The position numbers were made by a program, and so were the translations under genes. The notes under the pieces are model-generated. The model did not search any database. It was not told the origin of the DNA and saw only the letters and a program-made list of their open reading frames with translations. From positions 11,246 through 75,245 of the forward strand of contig CAMQVJ010000002.1 of NCBI GenBank assembly GCA_947038175.1: 64,000 nt of DNA, in the 5' to 3' direction. Below, in pieces: positions 30,714 to 41,288 of this stretch (position 1 is its first letter; every line of letters begins with the position of its first letter). Source of the DNA: an uncultured Desulfovibrio sp. Lineage in GTDB: Bacteria; Desulfobacterota; Desulfovibrionia; Desulfovibrionales; Desulfovibrionaceae.

Positions 30714-32267
30714 TTATTTTTGAGAAAGTAAAACCACTGTTTCAACATGAGAAGTATGTGGAAACAAATCAACAGGTTGCACAGCACATATTTTATATTT
30801 ATCAGAAAGAATTTCTAAATCACGTGCGAGTGTTGTTGGGTTACAAGAAACGAGAATACAATAAGGAACAACATTTTTAAGTAAAGCTTCTGCTGTTTTA
30901 TCGTCGAGTCCTGCACGAGGAGGATCAAGCACAATAAGATCTGGTGCGCCGTATTTTTTGAAATATTGCCCAAGATACTTTGATTGCGCTGTTTCAAATA
31001 CAGCAAATTCACAGCTTCCTGCATTTCTTTTAGCTAAAGCAATAGCAGAGGAAACATTCTCGATACCAAAAAGGAAAGGGTATGGATTTTTATCTTGTTT
31101 CTTCTTGTCATCTTTCATGTCGCAGACTTTATCAAGGACTTTCTTATTAAGGGTACCAATGGCAGGCACATTCGCTTTATTGCTCACAGCAAGTGAGGAA
31201 AGGCTGAGTGCTATAGAACCAACGCCACAATAAATATCCCATATCTTATTATTTTTTTCTCTAAGTACATGAGATGCAAAGGAATAGATAACCGAATAAA
31301 GCAATTCTGTCATAGCTGTATTCACTTGAAAAAAGGCTTTATTTCCAAGAGCAAAGGAACGAGCCTTTTCAAAAACATTGAGTTTGATATTTTCAGTCAA
31401 CTCAGTTTCGCCCCATTCACGCATAATACGTTCGCCATAGGCAACATCGGCTTTATCCGCACGCACGCTATGTAAAAAACCGTCCACGCCAGTTATGGCA
31501 AGCACTGTTTTTGCAAGGTCTAAAACACAATTTGACTCAATTTCAGCATGGCTTTTGCTTTGCGCTAAAGGCCATGTAATAAGCTCAACAGTGACTCTTC
31601 CTGTGCTTGGAGTTCTGATGACAAGATATCGCAAAAATGCAAATTCTTTATGCTTACAATAAGCTTGAACTGCTTCTAAGATGCCCATACTAATAGGTTT
31701 TTGCAATTTACAAGATGTGACATCAATGATATCATGGGAAGCACGTTTTTTCAAACCTACTCTTGTTGTGACTGAAGCTCTTGCAAAAAGAGGATTCAAC
31801 GTTTCCACACCAAAGGCAAATTCCATTTTATTGCGATAACCTGTGAGTACTTTTTCTTTTGTTTCTTCATGGTAATGCATTAAATCCATAGGAGATAAAA
31901 TAGGCAAAAGTTTATAATCCCATTTATCTTCAAATTCCTTGAAATGTCCTATACGAATAAGGGCATTACGGACAAGAGCTGTTTTTTCTTCTAACTGCTT
32001 GTCGTAAGAAAGAGGCATCCAAGGACAGCCGCCACACTCAAGGGCATGCTCACAATAAGGCTCTACTTCAAAAGGTGATTTCTTAATAAGATCAGAAAAA
32101 ATCGCTTCTATCATACGCTTTTTCACAGAAACAACTTCCGCTTCTACGGTTTGTCCTATAAGTCCACCTTGAACAAATACAGTAATTCCACTATCTAAAC
32201 GTCCAACCGCTCTACCATCATGGCTCATACCATGTAGCACTACTTCAATAATATCGCCTTGTTCCAT
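30714..32267 (-). CDS. 23S rRNA (uracil-5-)-methyltransferase, RumA/RlmD family (TRAM + Fe-S + SAM MTase)
   Basis: TRAM-like N-terminus, CEHALECGGCPW cluster, DIYCGVGSIAL, DPPRAGL, VSCNPTTLARD, DLFPHTSHVE. Has an internal Lys-rich insert after motif I. Confidence 0.85.
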   Translation of the reverse strand: MEQGDIIEVVLHGMSHDGRAVGRLDSGITVFVQGGLIGQTVEAEVVSVKKRMIEAIFSDLIKKSPFEVEPYCEHALECGGCPWMPLSYDKQLEEKTALVRNALIRIGHFKEFEDKWDYKLLPILSPMDLMHYHEETKEKVLTGYRNKMEFAFGVETLNPLFARASVTTRVGLKKRASHDIIDVTSCKLQKPISMGILEAVQAYCKHKEFAFLRYLVIRTPSTGRVTVELITWPLAQSKSHAEIESNCVLDLAKTVLAITGVDGFLHSVRADKADVAYGERIMREWGETELTENIKLNVFEKARSFALGNKAFFQVNTAMTELLYSVIYSFASHVLREKNNKIWDIYCGVGSIALSLSSLAVSNKANVPAIGTLNKKVLDKVCDMKDDKKKQDKNPYPFLFGIENVSSAIALAKRNAGSCEFAVFETAQSKYLGQYFKKYGAPDLIVLDPPRAGLDDKTAEALLKNVVPYCILVSCNPTTLARDLEILSDKYKICAVQPVDLFPHTSHVETVVLLSQK

Positions 32268-32320
32268 TTTAGCCTCACTTATAAAAAAGAGATAACACGA
32301 AGCTATCCCTCATAAAAATA

Positions 32321-33634
32321 TTATAAAATATACTGACTTAAATCCGCATCAGCACGTACATCTTCTAAATGTTCATTCACATAATCGGTATCGATAACAA
32401 TTTTTTGGTACTCTCGTTCAGGTGCTTCAAAAGAAATATCTGCTAATATTTTTTCTAAAATTGTATACAAACGACGGGCTCCAATATTTTCACTCCGAGC
32501 GTTTGTTTCTTCTGCGAACGATGCCACTTCACGAAGTCCTGCTTCCGTAAAAGATAAACTCACGTTTTCAGTTTCAAGGAGTGCCATATATTGTTTTTCA
32601 AGAGAATTATCAGGTTCTGTCAAAATACGATAAAATTCTTCTTTACCAAGAGCTTGCAGCTCAACTCGTAAAGGAAAACGCCCTTGTAATTCAGGGATAA
32701 GATCTGACGGTTTACTAAAGTGAAAGGCACCCGCAGCGATAAACAAAATATGATCGGTTTTCACCATGCCATATTTCGTATTAACCGTACTGCCTTCAAC
32801 AATAGGAAGCAAATCTCGCTGAACACCTTCTCTCGATACATCAGAATTACGTTGAGAACTCCCCGATGTAGCGACCTTATCAATTTCGTCAATAAACACA
32901 ATACCGCTTTGTTCAACCCGTTCTTTTGCTTTTTCAAGCATTTTGTCTTCATCAATCAGTTTATCTGATTCTTGTTGCAAAAGAATATCAAAGGCAGCTC
33001 TTGTTTTTAAGCGTTTTCGATTATTTTTAGGGGGGTTCAGTCTCCCCATCATGGTTTTTATTTGATCCCCAAATTGATCCATGCCAGGCATACCAAACAT
33101 ATCAATTTGTGGTCCACTTTCTTTAACTTCAAGCTCTACTTCATGAGTATCAAGGTGTCCTAATTTCCACAAATTACGCAGCTTATCCCTTGTGGATTCA
33201 CGGCTGCCTTCACTTGGACTTGTGGGCAATAATAATTCTAATAATCTTTCTTCGGCGGCTTTTTCTGCCTGTTCTTTAACAGAACTTGCTTCTTCATCAC
33301 GAATAAGTTTAATAGAAATATCAAGTAAATCACGAATCATGGATTCTACATCACGCCCAACATAGCCAACTTCAGTGTACTTTGTTGCTTCTACTTTTAT
33401 AAAGGGAGCGCCCGTAAGCTTTGCAAGTCTTCTTGCTATTTCCGTTTTTCCAACGCCAGTAGGCCCCATAAGTATAATGTTTTTAGGCGCAATCTCATCA
33501 CGCATAAGAGGCTCAAGCTTTTGTCTACGCCAGCGATTTCGCACAGCAATAGCAACCATACGTTTAGCCTGTTCTTGACCAACTATATATTTATCTAATT
33601 CAATAACAATTTCACGAGGGGTGAGAGCGTTCAT
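32321..33634 (-). CDS. hslU: ATP-dependent protease ATPase subunit HslU
   Basis: [15 protein letters not shown], Walker [19 protein letters not shown], full-length 437 aa. Confidence 0.96.
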   Translation of the reverse strand: MNALTPREIVIELDKYIVGQEQAKRMVAIAVRNRWRRQKLEPLMRDEIAPKNIILMGPTGVGKTEIARRLAKLTGAPFIKVEATKYTEVGYVGRDVESMIRDLLDISIKLIRDEEASSVKEQAEKAAEERLLELLLPTSPSEGSRESTRDKLRNLWKLGHLDTHEVELEVKESGPQIDMFGMPGMDQFGDQIKTMMGRLNPPKNNRKRLKTRAAFDILLQQESDKLIDEDKMLEKAKERVEQSGIVFIDEIDKVATSGSSQRNSDVSREGVQRDLLPIVEGSTVNTKYGMVKTDHILFIAAGAFHFSKPSDLIPELQGRFPLRVELQALGKEEFYRILTEPDNSLEKQYMALLETENVSLSFTEAGLREVASFAEETNARSENIGARRLYTILEKILADISFEAPEREYQKIVIDTDYVNEHLEDVRADADLSQYIL

Positions 33635-33780
33635 ATATAACCTCTTTCTAACATTTTAAACATAAACAAATTTTTATAAACATAGCTTATTTAAATAAGC
33701 AAAAATAAGATAGCTTAAATCCATTTTTTTCTCAAGGTATAAGAACACTTTCTTATTATTTTTTACTGGGATTTAAGTTT

Positions 33781-33947
33781 ACTTTTTTTGGGGGAGTTGA
33801 ACTCCCCCAAGCCCCCACATATGTGTTTTGTGTAAACACTAATATATGAGGTTTCCGTCACCCCCGACGGGCGGCGTACCTGTTTACGCTTACAAGCATA
33901 ACGAGTAATTACGCAAAGAGAAAGCAACTTCTCTCAAATTGGAATGA
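33781..33947. repeat. Mosaic intergenic repeat, copy F (H1, M2 inverted, M3 forward, T), flanked by 29-bp direct repeats 33752..33780 and 33948..33976
   Basis: GGGGGAGTTGAACTCCCCC. AAGCCCCCACATATGTG..TGTAAAC..ATATGAGGTTTCC is the reverse complement of copy B M2. GTTTACGCTTAC..AGTAATTACGCAAAGAGA matches M3. Ends CAAATTGGAATGA. The flanking repeats are 27/29 identical. Confidence 0.85.
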
Positions 33948-34035
33948 CTTATTATTTTTTACAGGGATTTAATTTTCAAAAATTTAAAAATGTGAACTTT
34001 TTTAAAAAGGAAAATAAAAAATTGTATGTCTTTTC

Positions 34036-34064
34036 TTGACCCAAATATCATTCTTCTATATTAT
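34036..34064 (+). promoter_or_regulatory. Putative sigma-70 promoter for the EamA transporter gene (TTGACC-N17-TATTAT)
   Basis: Hexamers read directly from the sequence, about 40 nt upstream of the ATG at 34103. Confidence 0.4.
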
Positions 34065-34102
34065 TAAATTATAATTGAAAAAAGGTGTAATAAGGTATAA
34101 TC

Positions 34103-34999
34103 ATGACTATTAATAGAAAATGTGCGGGTGTCTTAGAGGCCCTTTTGTCTGCTGGACTTTTTGGACTAATTCCATTTTTCTTTTTACCCTTGTACAATAC
34201 GGGGTTTACGACAGAATCATCTATTTTCTTTCGTTTTCTTTTTGCAACGCTCATAATGATGCTTATAGCACTTGTTAAAAAACAAAATATACGAATTTCA
34301 TTCAAAAACCTTGTGTCTATTTCAGTAATTGCTTTCACCTATTATGTCGCAGCCTTAGGTCTTTTTTCTGCCCTTACCTATATGCCAAGTGGAATCGTGA
34401 CTACTATTTTCTTCACAAACCCTATATTTGTGATGATACTCGCCATCTTCTTTTTGAAGGAAAGATTAGAACCTTATAAAGTTGTTTTTAGCCTAATAAC
34501 CTGTGGGGGAGTTGCTCTTTTATCTGGTTTTTTTGACAACATGGAGCACGTAGATATTACAGGCATTTTTCTAAGCACCTTCGCAGGCATTGCGTATGCG
34601 TTTTATATAATGGGGCTTTATAAAATTCAAGTTGATAATGTCTCTAAAGAAATTCTTTCTTTTTATTTATTTATCGTGTCTACCAGTCTAGCTGGTATGT
34701 ATGCGTTTAGTACCGATACTTTTATGCTGCCACGATCTAGTTATGACTGGTTCATGCTTGCGTCATCAGGGCTTGTCACCGCTGTTATGGCTAATATACT
34801 TCTTATGTCTGCTATCGTAAAAATTGGCTCCGTGCTAAGCTCTATATTAGGAGCAATGGAACCTATCACCGCTGTGGTTGTAGGGATTATTGTTTTCCAT
34901 GAAGCCGTCAATGCTCATGTAATTATTGGAATTGTCATCGTTATTGTCTCTGTGGTTTTACTCACAGTCATTCCCATGTTCCGTCACAGACAACAATAA
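34103..34999 (+). CDS. EamA/DMT-superfamily transporter (10 TM)
   Basis: 298 aa, two EamA-like five-helix halves, highly hydrophobic throughout. Confidence 0.75.
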   Translation: MTINRKCAGVLEALLSAGLFGLIPFFFLPLYNTGFTTESSIFFRFLFATLIMMLIALVKKQNIRISFKNLVSISVIAFTYYVAALGLFSALTYMPSGIVTTIFFTNPIFVMILAIFFLKERLEPYKVVFSLITCGGVALLSGFFDNMEHVDITGIFLSTFAGIAYAFYIMGLYKIQVDNVSKEILSFYLFIVSTSLAGMYAFSTDTFMLPRSSYDWFMLASSGLVTAVMANILLMSAIVKIGSVLSSILGAMEPITAVVVGIIVFHEAVNAHVIIGIVIVIVSVVLLTVIPMFRHRQQ

Positions 35000-35085
35000 T
35001 CTTTTTTTATATACATGCATTCACTCTAAACAAACATGCAAAGTGTTTATTTCAGAGAATTACTTCTATCGCTTGCTCTTGAAAT

Positions 35086-37023
35086 CTATTCCCGACTTAG
35101 CGCATCGATGGGATTTAAAAGTGCTGCATTTCGAGCAGGCATAAAGCCAAATAAAACTCCCACCACGGTGGAACATGTCATGGCCAAAATTACGGAATTC
35201 ATGGAAAAAAGCATAGCCACATCGGGAGCAAATTTTTCCATAATTAAACCAATTCCATAGGCTAAACCAACCCCAATAACTCCGCCAATAATACAAATAA
35301 GAATAGCTTCAATGAGAAATTGTTGTAGTATATTATAAGGTCTTGCGCCAATTGCCATGCGAATACCAATTTCTTTTGTGCGCTCAGTAACAGAAACAAG
35401 CATAATATTCATAACGCCAATACCACCCACAACTAAAGAAATAAAAGCAATGCCAGATATAAGCAAAGTCATGGTTGCTGAAGCGGCTTTAACATTTTGT
35501 CGAATCGAATCAAAATTGAGAGTATAAAAATCTTTTGTTCCATGACGTGACGTGATTAAACTGGTTAGGTTTTTTTCTGCCATCGCAGGGGGAATATCAT
35601 CGGTGATTTTTACCGTAATGGACGTAATATTTCTTGAGCCTGTAATGCGGTTCATAACAACAGTATAGGGCGCGTAAATCCTCAAAGTATCAGAATTATC
35701 CCTTGCTGATTTTGCAGCAATACCAATAATCGTAAGAGGTTGCCTATTAAACAAAATAAGCTCCCCTATGGGGTTTTCACCGTTTGGGAAAAACTCGTCA
35801 TACATAGGTTTATCGATAACAATAAGAGGATCACCGTTTAGCACTTCCTCTTTCGTGTACAATCTCCCCACAGCCATAGTTAGCCCACGAACATCAAAAT
35901 AGTGTTCGCCTGTACCAAGAAGTAGCGCCTTTGAGGAGAGGTTTTTATAAATAACATTACCTGAAGAACTTGAAATAGGGCTCACACTTTCAATGTAGCT
36001 TTGACTAGCAAGCGCATTTGCATCATCAACTACAAGCGTTTTAATGGTGCGTGCTGTTCTGTCACCAAAGCCTTTACCGGGCCTAATATCAATAGTACTT
36101 GTGCCCATGGCTGTAATATTTTCTAATATTTGTGCTTGTGAACCATTGCCAAGCGCCACCACACTGATAACAGAAGCTATACCAATGATAATGCCAAGCA
36201 TTGTTAGTATTGACCTTAGCTTATGCGCATAAATCGCTTGCACAGACATTTTTAAGGATTCAATCAGTTGATCTCGTTGATAAAGAAAAGGGGTTCGTTT
36301 ATTTTTCTTAAGAATTTCAGCCTCAATGGTTTTGAACTCACCGTTTCTTGTGTCGGAAAGAATTTGACCATCTTTAATTTCAATAACCCGCTTTGCATAA
36401 CTTGCAACATGCGGATCATGTGTAACAACAATAATAGTATGCCCTTTTGCATGCAAGTCTAATAATATTTGCATAACATTCACGCCACTTTTAGAGTCAA
36501 GCGCTCCCGTTGGCTCATCGGCTAAAATAGCTTCGCCCCCATTCATGAGGGCCCTTGCAATACTCACACGTTGTTGCTGTCCACCCGAAAGCTCGGTTGG
36601 CTTATTCTTTATTTTGCCTTTAAGACCTAGTGTTTCAAGTATTTCTTGCGCTCTGTGCTTACGTTGAAAGGGAGAAATACCCGCATAAATGGCAGGCAAG
36701 CATACATTATCAAGAGCAGATAATGCATTCATTAAATTATAGCGTTGAAAAATAAAACCAATTTTTTCACCCCGAAGTTTTGCAAGCGCATTTGGGGATA
36801 AGTTCTTAGTATCGTGGCCATCAATAGCATAATAACCCGAGCTTGGTTTATCTAAACATCCTAAAATATTCATGAGGGTTGATTTACCAGAACCAGATTG
36901 ACCAGTTATAGCAACAAAATCCCCCCGTTTAATTTTAAGGCTCACATCTTTAAGAACACGAATACTATTTTCACCTTGTCCATAAATTTTATTAATATTA
37001 TGGACTTCTATGATATTAGGCAT
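35086..37023 (-). CDS. macB: MacB-type ABC transporter (fused ATPase and FtsX-like permease)
   Basis: Walker A GQSGSGKST, signature LSGGQQQR, Walker B ILADEPT. C-terminal 4-TM FtsX domain with a large periplasmic loop. Confidence 0.9.
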   Translation of the reverse strand: MPNIIEVHNINKIYGQGENSIRVLKDVSLKIKRGDFVAITGQSGSGKSTLMNILGCLDKPSSGYYAIDGHDTKNLSPNALAKLRGEKIGFIFQRYNLMNALSALDNVCLPAIYAGISPFQRKHRAQEILETLGLKGKIKNKPTELSGGQQQRVSIARALMNGGEAILADEPTGALDSKSGVNVMQILLDLHAKGHTIIVVTHDPHVASYAKRVIEIKDGQILSDTRNGEFKTIEAEILKKNKRTPFLYQRDQLIESLKMSVQAIYAHKLRSILTMLGIIIGIASVISVVALGNGSQAQILENITAMGTSTIDIRPGKGFGDRTARTIKTLVVDDANALASQSYIESVSPISSSSGNVIYKNLSSKALLLGTGEHYFDVRGLTMAVGRLYTKEEVLNGDPLIVIDKPMYDEFFPNGENPIGELILFNRQPLTIIGIAAKSARDNSDTLRIYAPYTVVMNRITGSRNITSITVKITDDIPPAMAEKNLTSLITSRHGTKDFYTLNFDSIRQNVKAASATMTLLISGIAFISLVVGGIGVMNIMLVSVTERTKEIGIRMAIGARPYNILQQFLIEAILICIIGGVIGVGLAYGIGLIMEKFAPDVAMLFSMNSVILAMTCSTVVGVLFGFMPARNAALLNPIDALSRE

Positions 37024-37026
37024 TTT

Positions 37027-38217
37027 TTACCTGCCTATAGAATTACGTTTAAAACGTTTAGGAACTTGATCTGTCGCTTTGGATATTTCGCCAAGTGTCA
37101 TTTGAGAAATAATAATTTCTTTACCTGCGGGTATACCGTCTTTAATTTCTGTGTAAATACCATCACTGAGACCTGTAACGACTTCATAACTTTTAATAGT
37201 GTCATTCTCTTCAAGTACTCGGATAAAGCTCTTATCATTAATTTTTTCAATAGCTAAGCTAGGGGCAAGAACAACGTTTTTTGCCGCAGCTATAAGAATA
37301 GAACTTTGCACCGTCATACCTATGCGTAAAAGTTCATCCGTGTTTTCAATCAGGGCATTGGCGTAATAATAAACAGCTTCTGTTGAGCTGCTGCTTTTAG
37401 AATAGGCACCATTACTCATAATTGTGTAGGCAGGATCAATATTAACAAGTTTTGTATTATAGATTCTAGTAGGTTCAGATAAAATGTTAAATTCAACATC
37501 CATACCTGGTTTTACTTTTGTGATATCACCTTCAGAAATTTCAATCTTGATTTCCATAAAGGATAAATCCACAATTTGTAGCAGGGTAGGAGCGGTTTGA
37601 ACAGCATTAACTGTTTGCCCTTCTTCTACAACAACAGCAACCACGATACCGCTTTTAGGTGCAGAAATATGTGTATAATCAAGGTCAGTTTGTGCGTTTT
37701 CAACGGCAAGTTTTGCTTGAAGGATTAACGCTTCCATTTCTGCAACCGCTGCTCTTGCTGTAGCGAGTTCATTTGCAACAAGTTCAAAAGCTTCTTTAGA
37801 GCTTGCGTTTTCTTTTCTAAGGCGACTTTCACGAGTATACCGCAGCTGCACAGTTTTTAGAGCAGTTTGCGTGGCAAGGAGCTGTGCTTTGTAGGAATTG
37901 AGTTTGAGTTTTGATGTTTGCAGGTCGTTTTGACGAGTTGAGGAATCAATTTCCACCAAAGCATCGCCTTTTTTAACAAATTGGCCTAATTTGATATGAA
38001 TTTTTTTTATCTGCCCAGAAACTTGCGCTCCAATATCAATCAGATTAAGAGGGCGTATTTGCCCCGTGGCATTCACACGTTTTACAATAGAGCCAAGAAA
38101 GGCTTTCTCTGTAATATAATGGACCTCCATATTGGGGTCACTCTTAAGAAAAGTATATGTATAGTAGGCAGAAACTATCATTATGATAAGAATCACCCAT
38201 TTTAGATAAGGCCTCAT
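37027..38217 (-). CDS. macA: MacA / HlyD-family periplasmic adaptor (membrane fusion protein)
   Basis: N-terminal TM anchor, coiled-coil hairpin, barrel-sandwich motifs. Immediately upstream of macB. Confidence 0.8.
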   Translation of the reverse strand: MRPYLKWVILIIMIVSAYYTYTFLKSDPNMEVHYITEKAFLGSIVKRVNATGQIRPLNLIDIGAQVSGQIKKIHIKLGQFVKKGDALVEIDSSTRQNDLQTSKLKLNSYKAQLLATQTALKTVQLRYTRESRLRKENASSKEAFELVANELATARAAVAEMEALILQAKLAVENAQTDLDYTHISAPKSGIVVAVVVEEGQTVNAVQTAPTLLQIVDLSFMEIKIEISEGDITKVKPGMDVEFNILSEPTRIYNTKLVNIDPAYTIMSNGAYSKSSSSTEAVYYYANALIENTDELLRIGMTVQSSILIAAAKNVVLAPSLAIEKINDKSFIRVLEENDTIKSYEVVTGLSDGIYTEIKDGIPAGKEIIISQMTLGEISKATDQVPKRFKRNSIGR

Positions 38218-38384
38218 TTTTACTCCAACAGTATTCGTATTTATTACTTAATATATTAAAAAAGAAGAAAAATGCATACATTTATATCAAATAAATACAT
38301 GACAAATAATTATAAGTAAACATAGCAAAAAAAAGAGAGAAAGTATACATACTCTCTCCCTCGGATTGAAATAATTTAAAAACA

Positions 38385-39131
38385 TTAAATAATTTGTTTA
38401 TCGAGGCTCTCAAAAATTTCACCTAAATCATCAGCATGAAAGCATGCGTGAGAATCAAGAGATGTCGCAGAAGCGTTGACAATAGCCACTTTTGCACCAT
38501 TTTGAAGGGCTATCCTTGGAACATCGGCAGCAGGGTGTACCGTGAGGCTTGTTCCTAATATAAGCATCAAATCTGCTTTTTGCGCATGTTGTTCTGCCAT
38601 CGACAAAGCATATGTTGGAAGTTGCTCGCCGAAAAACACAATATTAGGTTTTATAACGCCTTGACATTCAACACAATGTGGAACTTGTTCTTTTTCAAGC
38701 ATGGCAAGTACATCGTCAAAAGCGTATTCTTTACGACAAGACAAGCACGTATGAACAAGAGGGGAGCCGTGAAGTTCAAAAACCTCTTTTGATCCTGCCT
38801 TTTGATGAAGAATATCTACGTTTTGAGTGATAATAGCTTTTATGTATTTTCCTTCCATTTTCGCTAGAACATCATGAACGATATTAGGTCTTGCTGCTTT
38901 TTCATATAAAAAATCGCGAGAGTGAATATAATAATAGGAAGGATCTTTACGAAAAGCGCCTATATCAAAAAGTCTATTCGCATCGATATCTTTTCGATTA
39001 TATAAACCACCAACACCCCTAAAATCAGGAATACCTGACAGGGTTGAAATCCCTGCGCCCGTAAGCACAACACAGTGTTTTGCGTTTTTTATCAAATTCC
39101 ATAACTCTACTGCTTTTTGATTTGTTTCCAT
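38385..39131 (-). CDS. cobB: NAD-dependent protein deacylase (sirtuin, CobB type)
   Basis: GAGISTLSGIPDFRG, TQNVDILH, Zn ribbon CLSC..CVEC, 248 aa. Confidence 0.9.
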   Translation of the reverse strand: METNQKAVELWNLIKNAKHCVVLTGAGISTLSGIPDFRGVGGLYNRKDIDANRLFDIGAFRKDPSYYYIHSRDFLYEKAARPNIVHDVLAKMEGKYIKAIITQNVDILHQKAGSKEVFELHGSPLVHTCLSCRKEYAFDDVLAMLEKEQVPHCVECQGVIKPNIVFFGEQLPTYALSMAEQHAQKADLMLILGTSLTVHPAADVPRIALQNGAKVAIVNASATSLDSHACFHADDLGEIFESLDKQII

Positions 39132-39249
39132 ATTATATATTCCTTTTTTCTTTATTTTAAAAATAGAAAGTCTAACATAACAATCAGATTTTATATTAGC
39201 AAGACAATATAAGAGTTTTACCTCATTTATTCTTTAAGCTCTTTAGTAT

Positions 39250-39284
39250 ACGTGTTTGACTAATTATAAAGAACACGTTATTAT
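39250..39284 (+). promoter_or_regulatory. Putative sigma-70 promoter (TTGACT-N17-TATTAT) overlapped by the inverted repeat ACGTGTT-N15-AACACGT, a candidate TetR operator
   Basis: Hexamers at 39256..39261 and 39279..39284. Inverted-repeat arms at 39250..39256 and 39272..39278. About 80 nt upstream of the tetR-family gene. Confidence 0.45.
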
Positions 39285-39364
39285 CAAATAATATTATGAT
39301 GATAGCAGTCATGTGAGATGTTATTTTTTTTAACTATTATAACTATAATATTTAGGATGTGCCT

Positions 39365-40054
39365 ATGAACTCTCAAGCTTCAAAGAATCAGCCCAAAATA
39401 GATCGACGCAAGCTAAAAGGTGAAGCCACAAGAGAACGCCTCATTATTGAAGCCATTCGACTTTTTGGACAAAGAGGGTATGACGGCACAAACACAAGGG
39501 CTCTTGCTGAAGCAGCACAATGTAATTTAGGGCTTATCACCTTCCATTTTGGAGGTAAATTAGGGCTTTATTCTATTGCAATGACACGTGTAAAAAATCG
39601 TTTGAATGAGCTTATTAACCCCACCATTCTCTCCCTCGATAAATCTACCAGTGATGAGAATCTTTCAAAAAAAGAACTTTACGAAATCATAAAAAAAAGC
39701 ATTGAAAACCTTTCCTTACAATTAGTTGGCTTGGAACAACTGGCAGGGCATGCCCTCCTTCTCCTTCGTGATTTACAAGATAAATCCGACGATTCAAATA
39801 TTACATATAAAACGGTGTTTCTCCCCTTGGTCACCTCTTTAGAAAAGGCGATTGACAAGGCAACTTCATACAAAGACCCTTCACATGCGAGACTTTCTGC
39901 TTTTATGGTTGTTAACGCTAGTATCGAATTTTTACGTAGCTATCCTATTTTTTATCCAGAAACACAGGACCTCACAATTCCAACCCCGACCATGCCCCAT
40001 GTTGTGCATTTACTAACGAGTTGTTTGCTTACTGATCACGATGAACCAAAATAA
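39365..40054 (+). CDS. TetR/AcrR-family transcriptional regulator
   Basis: N-terminal HTH segment RERLIIEAIRLFGQRGYDGTNTRALAEAAQCNLGLITFHFG. About 230 aa. Confidence 0.8.
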   Translation: MNSQASKNQPKIDRRKLKGEATRERLIIEAIRLFGQRGYDGTNTRALAEAAQCNLGLITFHFGGKLGLYSIAMTRVKNRLNELINPTILSLDKSTSDENLSKKELYEIIKKSIENLSLQLVGLEQLAGHALLLLRDLQDKSDDSNITYKTVFLPLVTSLEKAIDKATSYKDPSHARLSAFMVVNASIEFLRSYPIFYPETQDLTIPTPTMPHVVHLLTSCLLTDHDEPK

Positions 40055-40270
40055 TTTTTTTCTTAGATATTCAATATGTATCAGTATATTCGTACATTCT
40101 ACTTATTAGAATGCACATAAGAGAAGCGCTTCTCTTTTTCATTTGCATAAACTTTACGGGTATTTGTTTAAAAGATAAAGATATAATAAAAGGCAGTATT
40201 ATTGAATACTGCCTTTTATTATATCTTTCAAAGAGAAAGTTATTCACTCTCTAAAATCATTTAATGCAAT

Positions 40271-41014
40271 TTATTTTGCACCAAACCATTTTTCATTAAT
40301 TTCTTTTTCTTTACCATTTTCTAAAATCTTCTTATATCCAGCGTTTAATTCTTCCATAAGCGCTTGATTTTCCTTAAGCATAACAAAACCAATATATTCT
40401 TTTTCTTCCATCATGAAAGCAACTTTCATTTTGTCACTATAGCCTTCTTTTCTACCAGCATAGTAAAGAGCGACTGGATCATCACACATAACAGCATCAA
40501 CACGTCCGTTGGCAAGGTCTTCAAGAGCAAGGCCAACATCGTCATAAGTTGCGATGTCAAGATCTTTATCAATTTTATTAAGTGCTATTATTGCCGTTGT
40601 ACCAATTTGTACACCAATGCGTTTTCCTTTCAAATCTTTTGGTCCAGCAATGGTGCTCTCTTCAGGAACAACAAGCGCTTGTACAAAACCATAGGTTGGT
40701 TCAGAAAAAAGATAGCGCTTTTTACGTGCGTCCGTAATTGTCACACAAGAAGCAACAATGTCACTGTTTTTAGATTCTAAAGTAGCAAAAATACCATCCC
40801 ATGCGGTATTCATGAACTCTACTTTATAGCCACTTTCAGCGGCGATAGCTTTCATAAGATCCACTTCATAGCCAACAATATTTTTATCCAAATCTACCAT
40901 TTGCATAGGAGGCCAAGTTGGATTTGTAGCAATAACAAGAGTTTTATCATTAGCGTAAGCTTGCCCTGTAAATGCGGCAAGGCAAAGTAATAAAGAAGAT
41001 ACAATCTTTTTCAT
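40271..41014 (-). CDS. Amino-acid ABC transporter substrate-binding protein (family 3)
   Basis: Signal peptide MKKIVSSLLLCLAAFTGQAYA from the internal ATG at 41014 with a GGAG RBS. PBP type-2 motifs (WPPMQM, GYEVDL, DIVASCVTIT). Confidence 0.8.
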   Translation of the reverse strand: MKKIVSSLLLCLAAFTGQAYANDKTLVIATNPTWPPMQMVDLDKNIVGYEVDLMKAIAAESGYKVEFMNTAWDGIFATLESKNSDIVASCVTITDARKKRYLFSEPTYGFVQALVVPEESTIAGPKDLKGKRIGVQIGTTAIIALNKIDKDLDIATYDDVGLALEDLANGRVDAVMCDDPVALYYAGRKEGYSDKMKVAFMMEEKEYIGFVMLKENQALMEELNAGYKKILENGKEKEINEKWFGAK

Positions 41015-41288
41015 CTTAACTCCATACTGTTTATCAGTAGAAAAAATTAATGAAGCTATGTACGTAATCATCAAAAACAACGACGTATATAGGTAACAAC
41101 AAGGTGTATAAAAATACACTCACGAAAAATTACACGATAACTTATAAATTGTCTACATTGAAAATGCCTATATAAGGATAAAAAAGAGACTAAAGGCTTT
41201 GTGTTGACTGAAACTTAGAGCTATCCTATAGTACTTTAAGAAAAAATACCTCTCAATAATTTAAATAACACCTTATGATGGACACTGT

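Noticed and set aside
38385-39131. SIR2-domain protein as a possible anti-phage (Thoeris/DSR-type) effector
   Set aside because: It is a short canonical CobB-type sirtuin with a zinc ribbon and NAD motifs. It has no fused sensor domain and no defence-type neighbours (macAB on one side, a TetR-family gene on the other).
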